Source: Eledone cirrhosa (lineage: Eukaryota). Taken from it: a stretch of 64,000 nt of DNA. This document shows, piece after piece, positions 1-12,723 of the stretch. The translations under genes and the position numbers were made by a program. The notes under the pieces were generated by a model. The model was not told the DNA's origin, made no database searches, and saw only the letters and a program-made list of their open reading frames with translations. The stretch covers positions 48,112,001 through 48,176,000 of the forward strand of contig OZ024752.1 of the NCBI GenBank assembly GCA_964016885.1, read 5' to 3'. Each line of letters starts with the position of its first letter. The first letter of the stretch is position 1.

Positions 1-56
1 AGAAACCCCAGTCCCTATCATCTCATTTAAATATATTTAAATATATTCAGATAAAT

Positions 57-400
57 ATCATCATCATCATCATCATCGTTTAACGTCCATGTTCCACGCT
101 TGCATGGGTTTGGACGGGAGTTTTCCCACTTGAGGCAAGAGTGGTTGTCTTGCTCGCATAGGACTGTCTGGCGGGTTTTCTACAGCTGGATGCCCTTCCT
201 AACACCAACCACATTTACAGTGTGGGGCTGGGAGGTTTTTACCGTGTTGCCTACACGGCCACATTACAGCGTGGACTGTCTGGCGGGTTTTCTACAGCTG
301 GATGCCCTTCCTAACACCAACCACATTTATAGTGTGGGACTGGGAGGTTTTTACTGTGTTACCTACACGGCCACATTACAGCGTGGACTGTGTGTTTTTT
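57..400 (-). mobile_element. SINE family A-related copy (RTE-type 3' tail), with internal ~110-bp duplication
   Basis: (CAT)n-cgtttaacgtcc...gcatgggtttggacggg tail, plus ctacagctggatgcccttcctaacaccaacc present twice. Homologous to copies at 42925-43168 and 55150-55335. Confidence 0.75.
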
Positions 401-680
401 TTTGTCTGACACCTACATATAAATATATTTAAGTTTATCCAGTGTGTACATATTTATATAGATAGACATACATACATACATACATAACGAAAACATATTC
501 CTTCTTTGATATTGAGGCTCTCATATGGTTATTGTATATAAACATATGGTATCATCATTGTTTCACATCCCTTTTCCATGAAAAGTTTGAGGGGTTGTCA
601 CATTATGAGACTAGTCAGGTCCAGAGACCACATCTGTAATTTGGCTTGAGGCCCTTTGATACGATTATACGTATATATAT

Positions 681-971
681 ATATATAAGAACAAAAGATC
701 GTTAAAAGAGTTCCATGTATTTTATTATGCGCATTTCAAAAACAAATATCATCATGCAATAATATTTGTGTTTTCATCAGATAAGACAGGAAGACCAATA
801 TTATTGCATGATGATATTTGTTTTTGAAATGCGCATAATAAAATACATGGAACTCTTTTAACCATCTTTTGTTCTTATATATTATTTATACTCCAGTCCT
901 ACAAACTGTAGAGTGCTTCTTATCCGATATCTGCATTGCTTTATTGTACTACAATAAAACTCACCTCTTAC

Positions 972-974
<3 letters not shown>
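681..974 (+). mobile_element. Penelope-like non-autonomous fold-back element in (TA)n
   Basis: Inverted arms ~681-767 and ~797-882, HHR on the minus arm, 3' bulged hairpin at 890-914, (TA)n on both sides. Confidence 0.7.
718..787 (-). ncRNA. Minimal type I hammerhead ribozyme
   Basis: Minus strand reads ttat-CTGATGA-aaacacaaatat..atatttgttttt-GAA-ATGCGCAT-A-ataa. Stem III is a perfect palindrome; AUA cleavage triplet. Confidence 0.75.
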
Positions 975-1004
<30 letters not shown>

Positions 1005-1007
<3 letters not shown>

Positions 1008-1252
1008 TCGTTCTTGTGATATAGGTCGGTAGAGTTTATACTATTGAACTAATTCCTCTTTATAACGCTCTGATGAATCCAGCTATTATGCAGGGAGGAA
1101 ACACTCTCAGCAAATAAAGATTAATTGATGATGTAAGCGCTCTTTGTTTTTGTTCCATATAACGGCTCTGCTTTCAAGCATTGAGCTAATTAAATACTGT
1201 CATATATTCGACAGGGCACCTGTATCTTATACACACGTTCTGTTGTCTAAAC

Positions 1253-1255
<3 letters not shown>
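1005..1255 (+). mobile_element. Penelope-like short element with degenerate HHR
   Basis: gct-CTGATGA(1070-1076)-atcc..ggag-GAAA-cactc-TC-agc, then AATAAA and the GCTC-TGC-loop-GCA-TT-GAGC hairpin at 1165-1186; flanked by (TA)n. Confidence 0.55.
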
Positions 1256-1331
<76 letters not shown>

Positions 1332-1710
1332 GATAACAAGTTATCATTATAGGTAATCCAGTTAGAGGTTGTGAGTGCTCTGCGTCGTGGATAGTTTTAA
1401 GATGCTTCCATAGTTATGCGACGACTTCGCGGTAATTTTTATGCAGGTTATACTTGGAGTAATAATAGTTAAATAATAGTTAATCTTCATTCTTTAACTA
1501 TATATATATATATTTTAGTAAGTAAGTTAATTTTTAATTTTTAAAATTTTCTTATTTTACGTCTTTCATATAATTGTTCTGCATCCCCCTGCATTGAACC
1601 ACCTAGGTACTATGACATAACTTGTGTATTTGCTAGCATTAGTGTACATCTGTACGCATATGTTGGTAAATATACTAATTCTCTCTCTATATATATATTT
1701 ATATGTATAT

Positions 1711-1845
1711 AACAAAGAGAGTGTGGTAAGATACCGTAATACACAAGAGTACTCAATACTTAGAGTAGTAGAGTGGGTAATAGGAAAAGAATCAGGACCC
1801 CCGACAGCCGGAGTTCAGCCACCGGGGTCCTGGTTGTTTCTATCG
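1711..1845 (-). mobile_element. H3b family fragment (tail plus short fold-back)
   Basis: gagtactcaatacttagagtagtagagtgggtaataggaaaag matches the reverse complement of 54290-54383. Confidence 0.65.
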
Positions 1846-1954
1846 TTCCTTGAACTGATTGGCAGTAAAACATATGTAATATGTAAATAAATATGCAAAT
1901 GATGCAATACTAATTATTTGTTCCCTTTTAATATTTATATATATATATATATAT

Positions 1955-2293
1955 GCACATGGCTTAGTGGTTAGAGCATTGGCCTTGCAATCGAAAGGTT
2001 GTGAGTTCAATTCTCAGACCGGGTGATGTGTTGTTTCCTTGAGCAAGACACTTTATTTCACATTGCTCCAGTTTACTCAGCTGTAGAAATGAGATGATAG
2101 GGACTGCGGTCCCTATCATTCCACTGCAAAGTGGTTGTGGAGGTGCCACGGCAAAAAAGCACGCAGCACTCACTGTAAATGAGGTTGGTGTTAGGAAGGG
2201 CATCCAGCTGTAGAAATCACGCCAGAATCAGTTCCCGTCCCACCCTTGCAAGCAGGGAAAAAACGGACGTAAAATGATGATGATGATGATGAT
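1955..2293 (+). mobile_element. Full-length tRNA-derived CORE-type SINE (family A) with RTE-like 3' tail
   Basis: A box tggcttagtgg, B box gagttcaattc, CORE-like ccttgagcaagacactt...ccagtttactcagctgtagaaatg, internal hairpin atgatagggac/gtccctatcat, tail ending cggacgtaaaa(tga)n. Confidence 0.85.
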
Positions 2294-2446
2294 CATAGCA
2301 CCAATAATCAGATAAATATATTTCTGAGTGCTCAAAAACATGTAGTTTTGAATATGACTTTCATTACAATATTGCCAGAATAGTGAGCACAGAGGACAGT
2401 TACCATTAAGACTTTGAGCAGCATCTGATGAAAATAATTGTTGAGA

Positions 2447-2494
2447 TGTATGTGTATGTATGAGTATATGTGCGTGTGTGTATATATATATATA

Positions 2495-2529
<35 letters not shown>

Positions 2530-2606
2530 GTATGTGTATATATATATATACATATGTGTGTGTGTATATATATATATATACATACATACATACATATATA
2601 TGTATG

Positions 2607-2651
<45 letters not shown>

Positions 2652-2681
2652 ATATATATATATACATACATACATACATAC

Positions 2682-2747
<66 letters not shown>

Positions 2748-2758
2748 ATATATATATA

Positions 2759-2793
<35 letters not shown>

Positions 2794-2794
2794 G

Positions 2795-2870
<76 letters not shown>
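2447..2870. repeat. Compound (TA)n/(TG)n/(TACA)n microsatellite
   Basis: Direct reading. Confidence 0.95.
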
Positions 2871-2871
<1 letters not shown>

Positions 2872-3564
2872 TCATTTATTTATTTAGGTATCCATATTGG
2901 ATAGATATCAATGTTCTGTTTAACTGATACTATTATAGATTATTGGAGTTTAGTCAAGGCCCACTCAATATCAAGCATGTACTCGCATCTAGGCACTCAC
3001 ACACACATTTAGACACACACGTACACATTTAGGCACACACGTACACATACACACACTGCTTCAACCAGAGTAGAACCATTCCAATGGAAACATCAAGTAA
3101 GGTAGATAAAGCCTACTTAAGAGAATTATGATTAGTTGCTTGCGCTGACCCATTTAAAGCCAACCACAAGGGAGAACACGAACACACACACATACACACG
3201 CACACACACACAAACATGTACACACACACATACATGTACACACACATATATCAATATATCCTTTTGAGTCAGACATAGAAGACATGCCAGCAAAGAAGAC
3301 CAGACCATTTAATAGCATTTTAAAATACATGTAACTCCTCATTACACATAAAGAAATGAAAGCAATAGCAAACCATATATATATGTATATGTGTATATGT
3401 GTGTGTATACATATGAATATATGTGAGTGCATGTGTGTATACATATGAATATATGTGTGTATATATATATCTATATATCTATATATATAAATATATATAT
3501 GACAAAATATTACTAAAGAAAATCATAATATCCGTGCAAACCTGGAAAAGTGGATGTAAAATAG

Positions 3565-3567
<3 letters not shown>

Positions 3568-3612
<45 letters not shown>

Positions 3613-3686
3613 ACACATGTGCATGTGTGTGTAAATATATATGTGTGTGTGTGTAAATATATATGTGTGTGTGTGTATGTGTGTAA

Positions 3687-3760
<74 letters not shown>

Positions 3761-4009
3761 ATATCACCATCAATATATGTGTGTGTATGTGTGTAAATAT
3801 ATATATGTGTGTGTATATATATATCACCATCAATATATTTGTGTGTGTGTGTGTGTGTATGTGTGTGTATATATATATATATATATATCACCATCAATAT
3901 ATATGTGTGTGTATGTGTGTAAATATATATGTGTGTGTGTGTATATATATATATATCACCATCAATATATATGTGTGTGTGTGTGTATATATATCACCAT
4001 CAATATATA

Positions 4010-4040
<31 letters not shown>

Positions 4041-4196
4041 CACCATCAATATATATGTATGTGTGTGTGTATGTGTGTAAATATATATATATGTGTGTGT
4101 GTGTATATATATCACCATCAATATATATGTGTGTATGTGTGTAAATATATATATGTGTGTGTATATATATATATATCACCATCAATATATATGTAT
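3568..4196. repeat. Microsatellite-based minisatellite with recurring atcaccatcaat core
   Basis: About 8 copies of atcaccatcaat separated by variable (TA)n/(TG)n. Confidence 0.9.
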
Positions 4197-4489
4197 ATGC
4201 TCAGCATATATACATATACAAACATATACAAACATACACATTATACATAAACCACCAAAACCTTATGCCTAAGACCCCCCCAAAATGCTATAATGCATTT
4301 TTTTTTTTGTAGAGAATTCCTTTAAAATACCATTCTATTCTAATTTGATCCAATCAGTCTGTGGGGGTGGTTGGCATGGGTGGAATGGAGAATGAAAGAT
4401 TTATTAGATATATATCTCGAAATAAGTATATTGATCCCAGATATATTTTCTGCAATCATTTCATGTTTGTTTCTTTTTGTGTATGTGTG

Positions 4490-4542
<53 letters not shown>

Positions 4543-4766
4543 CTTATCCCCACCATTCCATCTCAACCACACTTTTTCTTGCCTCCTGAGTTCAAAGATT
4601 TAATAAAAAAAATAAAAAAATAAAAAAAAAAATAGGAAAGGAATAGGATAAAAATAACATAAAATATAAGTAAAAATAAAATAAATCAGAGTAGAAAATA
4701 ACAACAACAACAACAACAATGTAATAATATAATAATGATAAAATTTCTTCATGGTTCATCACAACC

Positions 4767-4812
<46 letters not shown>

Positions 4813-4890
4813 CTATATGGTTCAGTGTGTTATTACATTTTATTCCTAAGTCCACATGCCTTTGAGGGGAGGGGACCTAAAAAAGGATAA

Positions 4891-5054
4891 GTATATATGT
4901 GTGTGTGTGTATATGTATGTATATATATATATATATCATCATCATGATATATATATATACATACATTCATATATATATATATATATGTGTGTGTGTGTAT
5001 ATGTATGTATATATATATATATCATCATCATGATATATATATATACATACATTC

Positions 5055-5086
<32 letters not shown>

Positions 5087-5227
5087 ATATGTATATATAT
5101 ATATATATATCATCATCATGATATATATATATACATACATTCATATATATATATATGTGTGTGTGTGTATATATGTATGTATATATATATATATCATCAT
5201 CATGATATATATATATATATACATACA

Positions 5228-5272
<45 letters not shown>

Positions 5273-5947
5273 ATATGTATGTATATATATATATATATCA
5301 TCATCATGATATATATATATACATACATTCATATATATATATATGTGTGTGTGTGTGTGTATATGTATGTATATATATATATATCATCATCATGATATAT
5401 ATATATACATACATATATACATATATATATGTGTGTGTGTGTGTGTATACATACACATATATATGAGTGCTATTCTTTAGGGGGTAAAACTTCATACATT
5501 CATATATATATATATATGTGTGTGTGTGTGTATATGTATGTATATATATATATATATCATCATCATGATATATATATATACATACATATATACATATATA
5601 TATGTGTGTGTGTGTGTGTGTATACATACACATATATATGAGTGCTATTCTTTAGGGGGTAAACCTTCATACATTCATATATATATATATATATATGTGT
5701 GTGTGTATATATGTATATATATATATATATATATCATCATCATGATATATATATATATACATACATATATACATATATATATGTGTGTGTGTGTGTGTAT
5801 ACATACACATATATATGAGTGCTATTCTTTAGGGGGTAAACCTTCATACATTCATATATATATATATATATGTGTGTGTGTGTATATATGTATGTATATA
5901 TATATATATATCATCATCATGATATATATATATACATACATATATAC

Positions 5948-5979
<32 letters not shown>

Positions 5980-6030
5980 ATACATACACATATATATGAG
6001 TGCTATTCTTTAGGGGGTAAACCTTCATAC
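4891..6030. repeat. Compound minisatellite: ~80-bp tcatcatcatga/(TA)/(TG) units, then ~180-bp units containing gagtgctattctttagggggtaaa
   Basis: Unique 26-mer recurs at ~5464, 5640, 5817 and 5998. Confidence 0.9.
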
Positions 6031-6354
6031 ATATATCAGTGGCATATGGGTGAAAGCATTTATCAACCATTTGCATATTTCAGTTCCTTAGGAACACTTT
6101 ATCAGTTTTACAAGAGAAGCAAGCACAGAAGATAATGGAGGTGGAGTGAAGTAGAGGGGGAGGGGGGGGGGGGAGAATGCATCTGAGAATGTACATATAG
6201 GAAGAAAGCTAACATGTTCGAACCCATGGTGGATATATTCATTTTTTGTGGTGTTTAACGAAAGAAAACAAAGCGAAAATTTACCTAAAAAAAAATAATA
6301 AATAAATACTAAAAATAATATATACAGTTGGTAGTGTGGGGGGAGCCTGCAATA

Positions 6355-6456
6355 TGATGGTGGTGGTGGTGGTGGTGGTGGTGGTGGTGGTGGTGGTGGT
6401 GGTGGTGATGATGGTGGTGGTGATGGTGGTGGTGGTGGTGGTGGTGGTGGTGGTGG

Positions 6457-6487
<31 letters not shown>

Positions 6488-6768
6488 GGTGATGGTGGTG
6501 GTGGTGGTGGTGGTGGTGGTGGTGGTGGTGGTGATGATGGTGGTGGTGGTGGTGGTGGTGGTGGTGGTGGTGGTGGTGGTGGTGATGGTGGTGGTGGTGA
6601 TGGTGGTGGTGGTGGTGGTGGTGGTGGTGGTGGTGGTGGTGGTGATGATGATGATGGTGGTGGTGGTGGTGGTGGTGGTGGTGGTGGTGGTGGTGGTGGT
6701 GATGATGGTGGTGGTGGTGGTGATGGTGGTGGTGGTGGTGGTGGTGGTGGTGGTGGTGGTGGTGGTGG

Positions 6769-6802
<34 letters not shown>

Positions 6803-6954
6803 GGTGATGGTGGTGGTGGTGGTGGTGGTGGTGGTGGTGGTGATGGTGGTGGTGGTGGTGGTGGTGGTGGTGGTGGTGGTGATGATGATGGTGGTGGTGG
6901 TGATGGTGGTGGTGGTGGTGATGGTGGTGGTGGTGGTGGTGGTGGTGGTGGTGG

Positions 6955-6985
<31 letters not shown>

Positions 6986-7059
6986 GGTGATGGTGGTGGT
7001 GGTGGTGGTGGTGGTGGTGGTGATGATGATGGTGGTGGTGGTGGTGGTGGTGGTGGTGG

Positions 7060-7093
<34 letters not shown>

Positions 7094-7293
7094 GGTGGTG
7101 GTGGTGGTGGTGGTGGTGATGATGATGATGATGATGGTGATGGTGGTGGTGGTGGTGGTGGTGGTGGTGGTGATGGTGGTGGTGGTGGTGGTGGTGGTGG
7201 TGGTGGTGGTGATGGTGGTGGTGGTGGTGGTGGTGGTGGTGATGATGGTGGTGGTGGTGGTGGTGGTGGTGGTGGTGGTGGTGGTGGTCGTGA

Positions 7294-7327
<34 letters not shown>

Positions 7328-7338
7328 GGTGGTGGTGG

Positions 7339-7372
<34 letters not shown>

Positions 7373-7423
7373 GGTGGTGGTGGTGGTGGTGGTGGTGGTG
7401 GTGATGATGATGATGATGATGAT
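6355..7423. repeat. (GGT/GAT)n trinucleotide tract, ~1.07 kb
   Basis: Nearly pure mixture of two triplets; source of the poly-Pro/His/Val ORFs. Confidence 0.97.
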
Positions 7424-7457
7424 AAGGAGGAAGGATAAGCAGTTGTAGTAGTGGAAG

Positions 7458-7778
7458 TAATAATGGTTTCTGATTTAGGCACAAGGCCAGCAATGTTGGG
7501 GGCAGGGGAGGGGAAAGTTGATTAAATCGACCCTAGCACATTACTGGTACTTTATTTTATCGGCCTCGTAAGGATGAAAGGCAAAGTTAACCTCAGTCTG
7601 ATTTCAACTCAGAACGTAAACAGCCGTGACTCTATGCCGCAAAGCATGGTGTCTGCCAATAGTAATAATAATAATTGCTTGTACTTTTGGCACAAGGCCA
7701 GCAATTACCTCCCCAGTACATTACTGGTACTTTATTTTATCAACCCCGTAAGGATGAGAGTTAACCTCGGCGGGATTT
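7458..7778 (-). mobile_element. Two SINE family B copies (one near-complete, one truncated)
   Basis: ggcacaaggccagc...cattactggtactttattttatc...aggatgaaaggcaaagttaacctc. Confidence 0.8.
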
Positions 7779-8030
7779 TCATTTATTTGCCAGAAGGGCG
7801 TCAGATGAAGGGGACATTATGGGACAGGTTACATAGTGTGGGAGTTTAAAGGGGATTGGATGATTAAGGAAAATAATGAGAAGAAGACGACAAAGAAGAA
7901 GAAGAAGGCGAAGAAGAAGAAGAAAAAGAAGGCGAAGAAGGCAAAGAAGAAGAAGTAGGCAAAGAAGATGAATAAGAAGAAGGCAAAGAAGAAGAAGAAG
8001 ATGAATAAGAAGAAGGCAAAGAAGAAGAAG

Positions 8031-8203
8031 AATTGTTTCTACTTTTGGCACAAGGCCAGCTATGAGTCCAGTGTATTACTGGTACTTTATTTTATCGATC
8101 CCAAAAGGATGAGAGGCAAAGTTAACCTCAGCGGGATTTGAACTCAGACTGTAAAGGGGCGTAACTCTATGCTGCAAAGCATGGCGTCCGGCCTTCTACT
8201 GAA
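8031..8203 (-). mobile_element. SINE family B
   Basis: Same central domain and B box (ggatttgaactc); preceded by a (GAA)n-rich tract at 7880-8030. Confidence 0.85.
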
Positions 8204-8510
8204 TAATAGTAATAGTAAATTAATGCAAAGACATGTACAAAATAAGTAAATAAATGAAGTAAATAAAAAAAATTGCTGCCGCATTTTGTGGGAAAATTAT
8301 TTAGTTTGGTATCTAAGCAATTGAATGGTTAATTCATAGCTCAGAAGAGATTTAAAAGAGAAAGGAGAAGAGACACAATGTGGTTATTGACTCAAACATA
8401 CATGTTCGCATGTACACACACACACATATATATACACATATGTATACACATGCACTCATATAATGCATATACATACATACACTTATAATTCAGTATACTT
8501 AGATATATGT

Positions 8511-8548
<38 letters not shown>

Positions 8549-9609
8549 TTGTATATATGCACATATTTATAATATATATATGATATATATATAAACATAT
8601 ATATATATATACATGTATACATATATATAAGTATACAAGTATATGTATGTATATATATACACATATATATATATATATTTACAAGTATATAAGTAAAATT
8701 ATATACAAATATATAACACACCACTAACACGTATGTTGATGAAGAAAAGCCTGTTCAAATATTTGATAAATAATTACTTATCAACAAATCAATCAATTTA
8801 TTCCTTACTAAAACAACATTGGATGTAATTAATTGGTTTAGAGCCCATTAATCAATCTTGATAAAGAAATAAGCTTTTACAATTTTTGCCAGAATTCTTT
8901 GCAAACACAAAAATTGTTATATGTCTCCAGGGGTGGGTATAGAATAATAAAGAATATTTTTTTTGTGTGTGAGTATGTCCATGTGTGATATATATGCAAA
9001 TATACACCCACATATATACACATATTTGTATACAAGGGATGCTTGTGGATATGTTGTGTGTGCAGATGTAAAATGCATGCATTCAATGGCCAATGTATAT
9101 TTTTGTAATGTAAATGCATTTGGGGTTTCCTGTATTTTTTTTATTATTTATTTCATAATTCATCATCAACATCACTGTTTAATATATATGTATATATAAT
9201 TATGTCCTAATAGTTTAGTGGGAGAAAGGAGAAGAGGAAAAGGAGGAGAATGGTATTTCACTGGCATAATTTAATTTTTGAGTTTGGTGAGTTTTTATTG
9301 GTTCAAATTGAAATAGATGCAAACAAAATGAACACTAAAATAATATTGAAAAAAAAATTCTTTTTTTTTTTAATCTAAGGATTGTAAATATAGATTGAAC
9401 AAGCACAGTCAATAATTTAAACTGATTAATTAAATTTGTTACAGTTTGTAGGGCAAGAAACAACAACGTAAGTGTAAAAATGTATAGATTGCTGACAGTC
9501 TGTATTATTAATTCTAGAGCTCAATAGAATGTATAAAATGGGTTATAGCTCAGAAAGTCTTTCATAATGTCACTAGAATATGTATATCACACACACACAC
9601 ATATATATA

Positions 9610-9870
9610 TCATCATCACCGTTTTACGTCCGTTCTTCCATGCTAACATGGGTTAGACGGGTTGTCCTGTTGTGGGCAGTATCTGGTCGGCTGACCATGC
9701 CTTGCTCATACAGGAACTGATTTGGCTTGATTTCTACAGCTGGATGCCCTTCCTAACACCAACCTCATTTACAGTGAGTGCTGGGTGCTTTTTCGTGGCG
9801 CCTACACGTCCACTTTACAGTGTGGGCTGGGTGCTTTTTTGCCGTGGCACCTCCACGACCACCTTGCGGT
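9610..9870 (-). mobile_element. SINE family A, 5'-truncated
   Basis: catcatcaccgttttacgtcc tail and ggatgcccttcctaacaccaacctcatttacagtg...gccgtggcacctccacgaccac. Confidence 0.8.
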
Positions 9871-9930
9871 GGGGGATGTGGGGGCATATTGTCTATATGC
9901 TTCAGCTTGTACCCATGGGAGGTCGGGTAC

Positions 9931-9974
<44 letters not shown>

Positions 9975-9983
9975 ATATAGAAA

Positions 9984-10034
9984 AGCTTCTACAGGACTAG
10001 AACTGTTTCATTCATGAGAAATCATCAGGAAGCT
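9984..10034 (-). ncRNA. Type I hammerhead ribozyme (H1, inverted arm)
   Basis: Exact reverse complement of 10174-10224. Confidence 0.8.
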
Positions 10035-10173
10035 GACTGTCCAAGTAATATGGTGGTATTTATATCTTTTCTGGTGGTAGGAGAGGGTGGAGATTGGAAT
10101 GGGTGGAAGTCATTGGTTGATGGGTTTAAACCACCAGAAAAGATATAAATACCACCTTATTACTTGGACAGTC

Positions 10174-10224
10174 AGCTTCCTGATGATTTCTCATGAATGA
10201 AACAGTTCTAGTCCTGTAGAAGCT
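10174..10224 (+). ncRNA. Type I hammerhead ribozyme (H1)
   Basis: agcttc-CTGATGA-t ttc tcat gaa t-GAA-A cag ttctagtc ctg T-A-gaagct: 6-bp stem I, 4-bp stem III, GUA triplet, predicted cleavage after 10218. Confidence 0.85.
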
Positions 10225-10306
10225 TTTCTATATTAAATATTTATACTCTGCTTTGTATTGAGCACCTTACTTACTGTGGTTACCCCCTGATTGAGCCCGG
10301 GATAAA

Positions 10307-10351
<45 letters not shown>

Positions 10352-10356
10352 ATATA

Positions 10357-10557
10357 TCATCATCATTAACGTTTAACATCCATTTACCATGCTAGCATTT
10401 GAGGCAAGTTGGTCCAGGTGACTGTGTCTTGCTCATATAGAACCATTTCTAGCTAGGTTTCTATGGCTAGATGTCCTTCCTAACACCAATCATACTTACA
10501 GTGTGTACTGGGTGCTTTTTGTCATGACTCCTACACAACCACTTTACAGTGTGGGCT
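10357..10557 (-). mobile_element. Older SINE family A-related copy
   Basis: catcatt..tttaacatccatttaccatgctagcat tail and agatgtccttcctaacaccaa. Confidence 0.65.
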
Positions 10558-10570
10558 ACAACTATTATAT

Positions 10571-10603
<33 letters not shown>

Positions 10604-10967
10604 ATAGTTATGGTGGCTTCTGTTGGTATGGCTTATGCAGTTGCCCACACATCAGTAGCAGTAATTAAAGCAAGCATCAGAACCATGTATGTATGTGTTC
10701 ATATATGTATGTGCACCTGTATGTATGCAGCACTGTCTATACAAACATATACACACATACATACATATATACATACATACATGTATACAAAACTATATAT
10801 GGACTTGCCAACAAAAGCCCAGCAATGAGTCCAACACATCAAGATAACAATTAGTACAATTAGAGTTAAGTGCTTTTGCCCAAAGATACAATCTAAGGTA
10901 TATACTGCAATAAAAACTGAATACTATGCCAGGAGTTATCTACTTCACTATATTTGTCTTTTTTCTC

Positions 10968-11415
10968 ATTAACCTTTTTGATGCGAACCTGACCAAAACC
11001 AGCTCTGGTTCTATGAAACAAAACCACTTATTTTAAAGGGTTCCTATTTAAATTAAAATCTTCTGGCATAATTTTATATAAGAACTATATGTTAAGTTAT
11101 TATCTAAGTAATTAAATCATGAATAATTTTAGTAAATCACTCAAAGTTCTTTATTAATTAACTGAAATAAAATATGTTTTATTAGAAATACTGACACATA
11201 AAAGGTGAAGAAGTGGTAAGGTGTTAGAAAATCAAGTTATACTACTCAGTTCTGATATATCATTGAAACAGATTCATATATGTTATTTATGCTCTTAACC
11301 ATTTTTGTACCAAATCTTCTGATACTACCCCTGGTTATATGATATAAAACTGTTTTATTTTAAACTACTTATATTTATTTGAAAACCTTCAATCAGAATT
11401 TTATGTAAGAACCTG
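10968..11415 (+). mobile_element. Decayed piggyBac-like MITEs (TTAACCCTTTTG family), two adjacent copies
   Basis: Start with ttaacctttttgat / ttaaccatttttgtacc; similar to 27288-27552, 47155-47505 and 61560-61728. Confidence 0.5.
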
Positions 11416-11558
11416 TGTCAATTGTTAACATCCTGTACCACATGAAACTGCAGTAGCAAGGCATTCTTGAAAAATACACAACACTATAATTAAGTGACAT
11501 TAAACATTCAATACTGCAATTTTTAACAATATGTCAGCTTCTAAACATACTATGTATT

Positions 11559-11740
11559 TAACCCTTAAGCATTCAGCCAGAATTCTCTCACCTCTTTCTG
11601 TTCAAACTGGCTGTAACTGACCGCTCATACTGATGTTAAGGTATTGTTCTCAAAATAAATAATACCAAAATCTCATAGATAAGATATTATGTGAGATAAT
11701 TATGTGAGGTGAAGTCTTTATCATGAAAACACAATAGTAT
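11559..11740 (-). mobile_element. Partial piggyBac-like MITE
   Basis: Reverse-complement match to the internal sequence of 31334-31557; begins taacccttaagcatt. Confidence 0.65.
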
Positions 11741-11746
11741 ATATTG

Positions 11747-11932
11747 AATAATTGTTTCTACTTTTAGGCACAAGGCCAGCAATTACCCAGTGCATTACTG
11801 GTACTTTATTTTATCGACCCCGTAAGGATGAAAGGCAAAGTCAACCTCGGCGGGATTTGAACTCAGATCGTAAAGGGACGTAACTATGCTAGAAAGCATG
11901 GCGTCCGACTCTCTACTGATACTGCCAATCCA
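11747..11932 (-). mobile_element. SINE family B
   Basis: Near full-length match to 26901-27092 on the opposite strand. Confidence 0.88.
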
Positions 11933-12589
11933 TGAATAATGTTGCAACTTTTAACAACAATATGTCCACTTCTAAAGACAGTGGATATTTGAGGTAACAA
12001 ACCTGTTTCTATTTAAATATTTCTAAATATTGATGAGATTTGAACTGAGAATACAAAGAACCAGAACATATACCACATAGCATTGTGTCCAATGCTATAA
12101 TGATTCTGCTAATCCACCACCCTTGCTATAAAAGAATAAGCATCATAAAATTGTTTAAAATTTTACAGCTTTCTTCTCTTGTTAGCACATCAACAATGTA
12201 TGGCATGGATAGCAGGGGTGGGGTTGGGTATAAACGATGTAAATAAGTAAATGAAATGAAAGTCACTCTATTAGCAGGTCTATTTATATCTAATTCAGCT
12301 TCCTAATCACACAATGTTTATCATATTGATTATTTTCCAACTAATATTGTAATATTTCTTGTGAACATGCTGTAACAATAATATTTCAGGTGTCAAAATT
12401 ATTTGTAATTGTGCTTTTCATTGTTGTTAATATTATTTTTGCTGCTGTTGTTGTTGTTGTTGTTTCTTTATGTTTTGCTACCATTGTTATTGTAATTTTA
12501 AAGGGCTTTATGCCTAATAAAAAATGATTATCATTATTACTATTGTTAATCTATATGTATGTGTTTTATATAACAAAACATTGTTATAC

Positions 12590-12625
12590 ATATATATATA
12601 TACACACAAATATATATATATATAC

Positions 12626-12666
<41 letters not shown>

Positions 12667-12692
12667 ATAAAATATATATATATGTATATCTA

Positions 12693-12723
<31 letters not shown>

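Larger units (their letters stand above)
9969..10308 (+). mobile_element. Penelope-like fold-back element, family H1
   Basis: ~110-bp inverted arms (9969-10078 / 10130-10240, one mismatch seen), each containing an HHR; 3' tail with bulged hairpin 10245-10263; (TA)n flanks. Confidence 0.8.

Noticed and set aside
1955-2020. tRNA gene
   Set aside because: A/B boxes are present but there is no complete cloverleaf, and the sequence continues directly into a SINE body.
2228-6076. Many long Y/I/V/C/H/T-rich ORFs (also 25488-25968, 35101-36082, 41204-41694, 43887-44696, 51781-52826)
   Set aside because: Translations of dinucleotide microsatellites, open in multiple frames and on both strands.
6088-7493. 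Extensin-like poly-Pro, poly-His and poly-Val ORFs
   Set aside because: Pure GGT/GAT repeat with no third-position diversity or non-repetitive domain.
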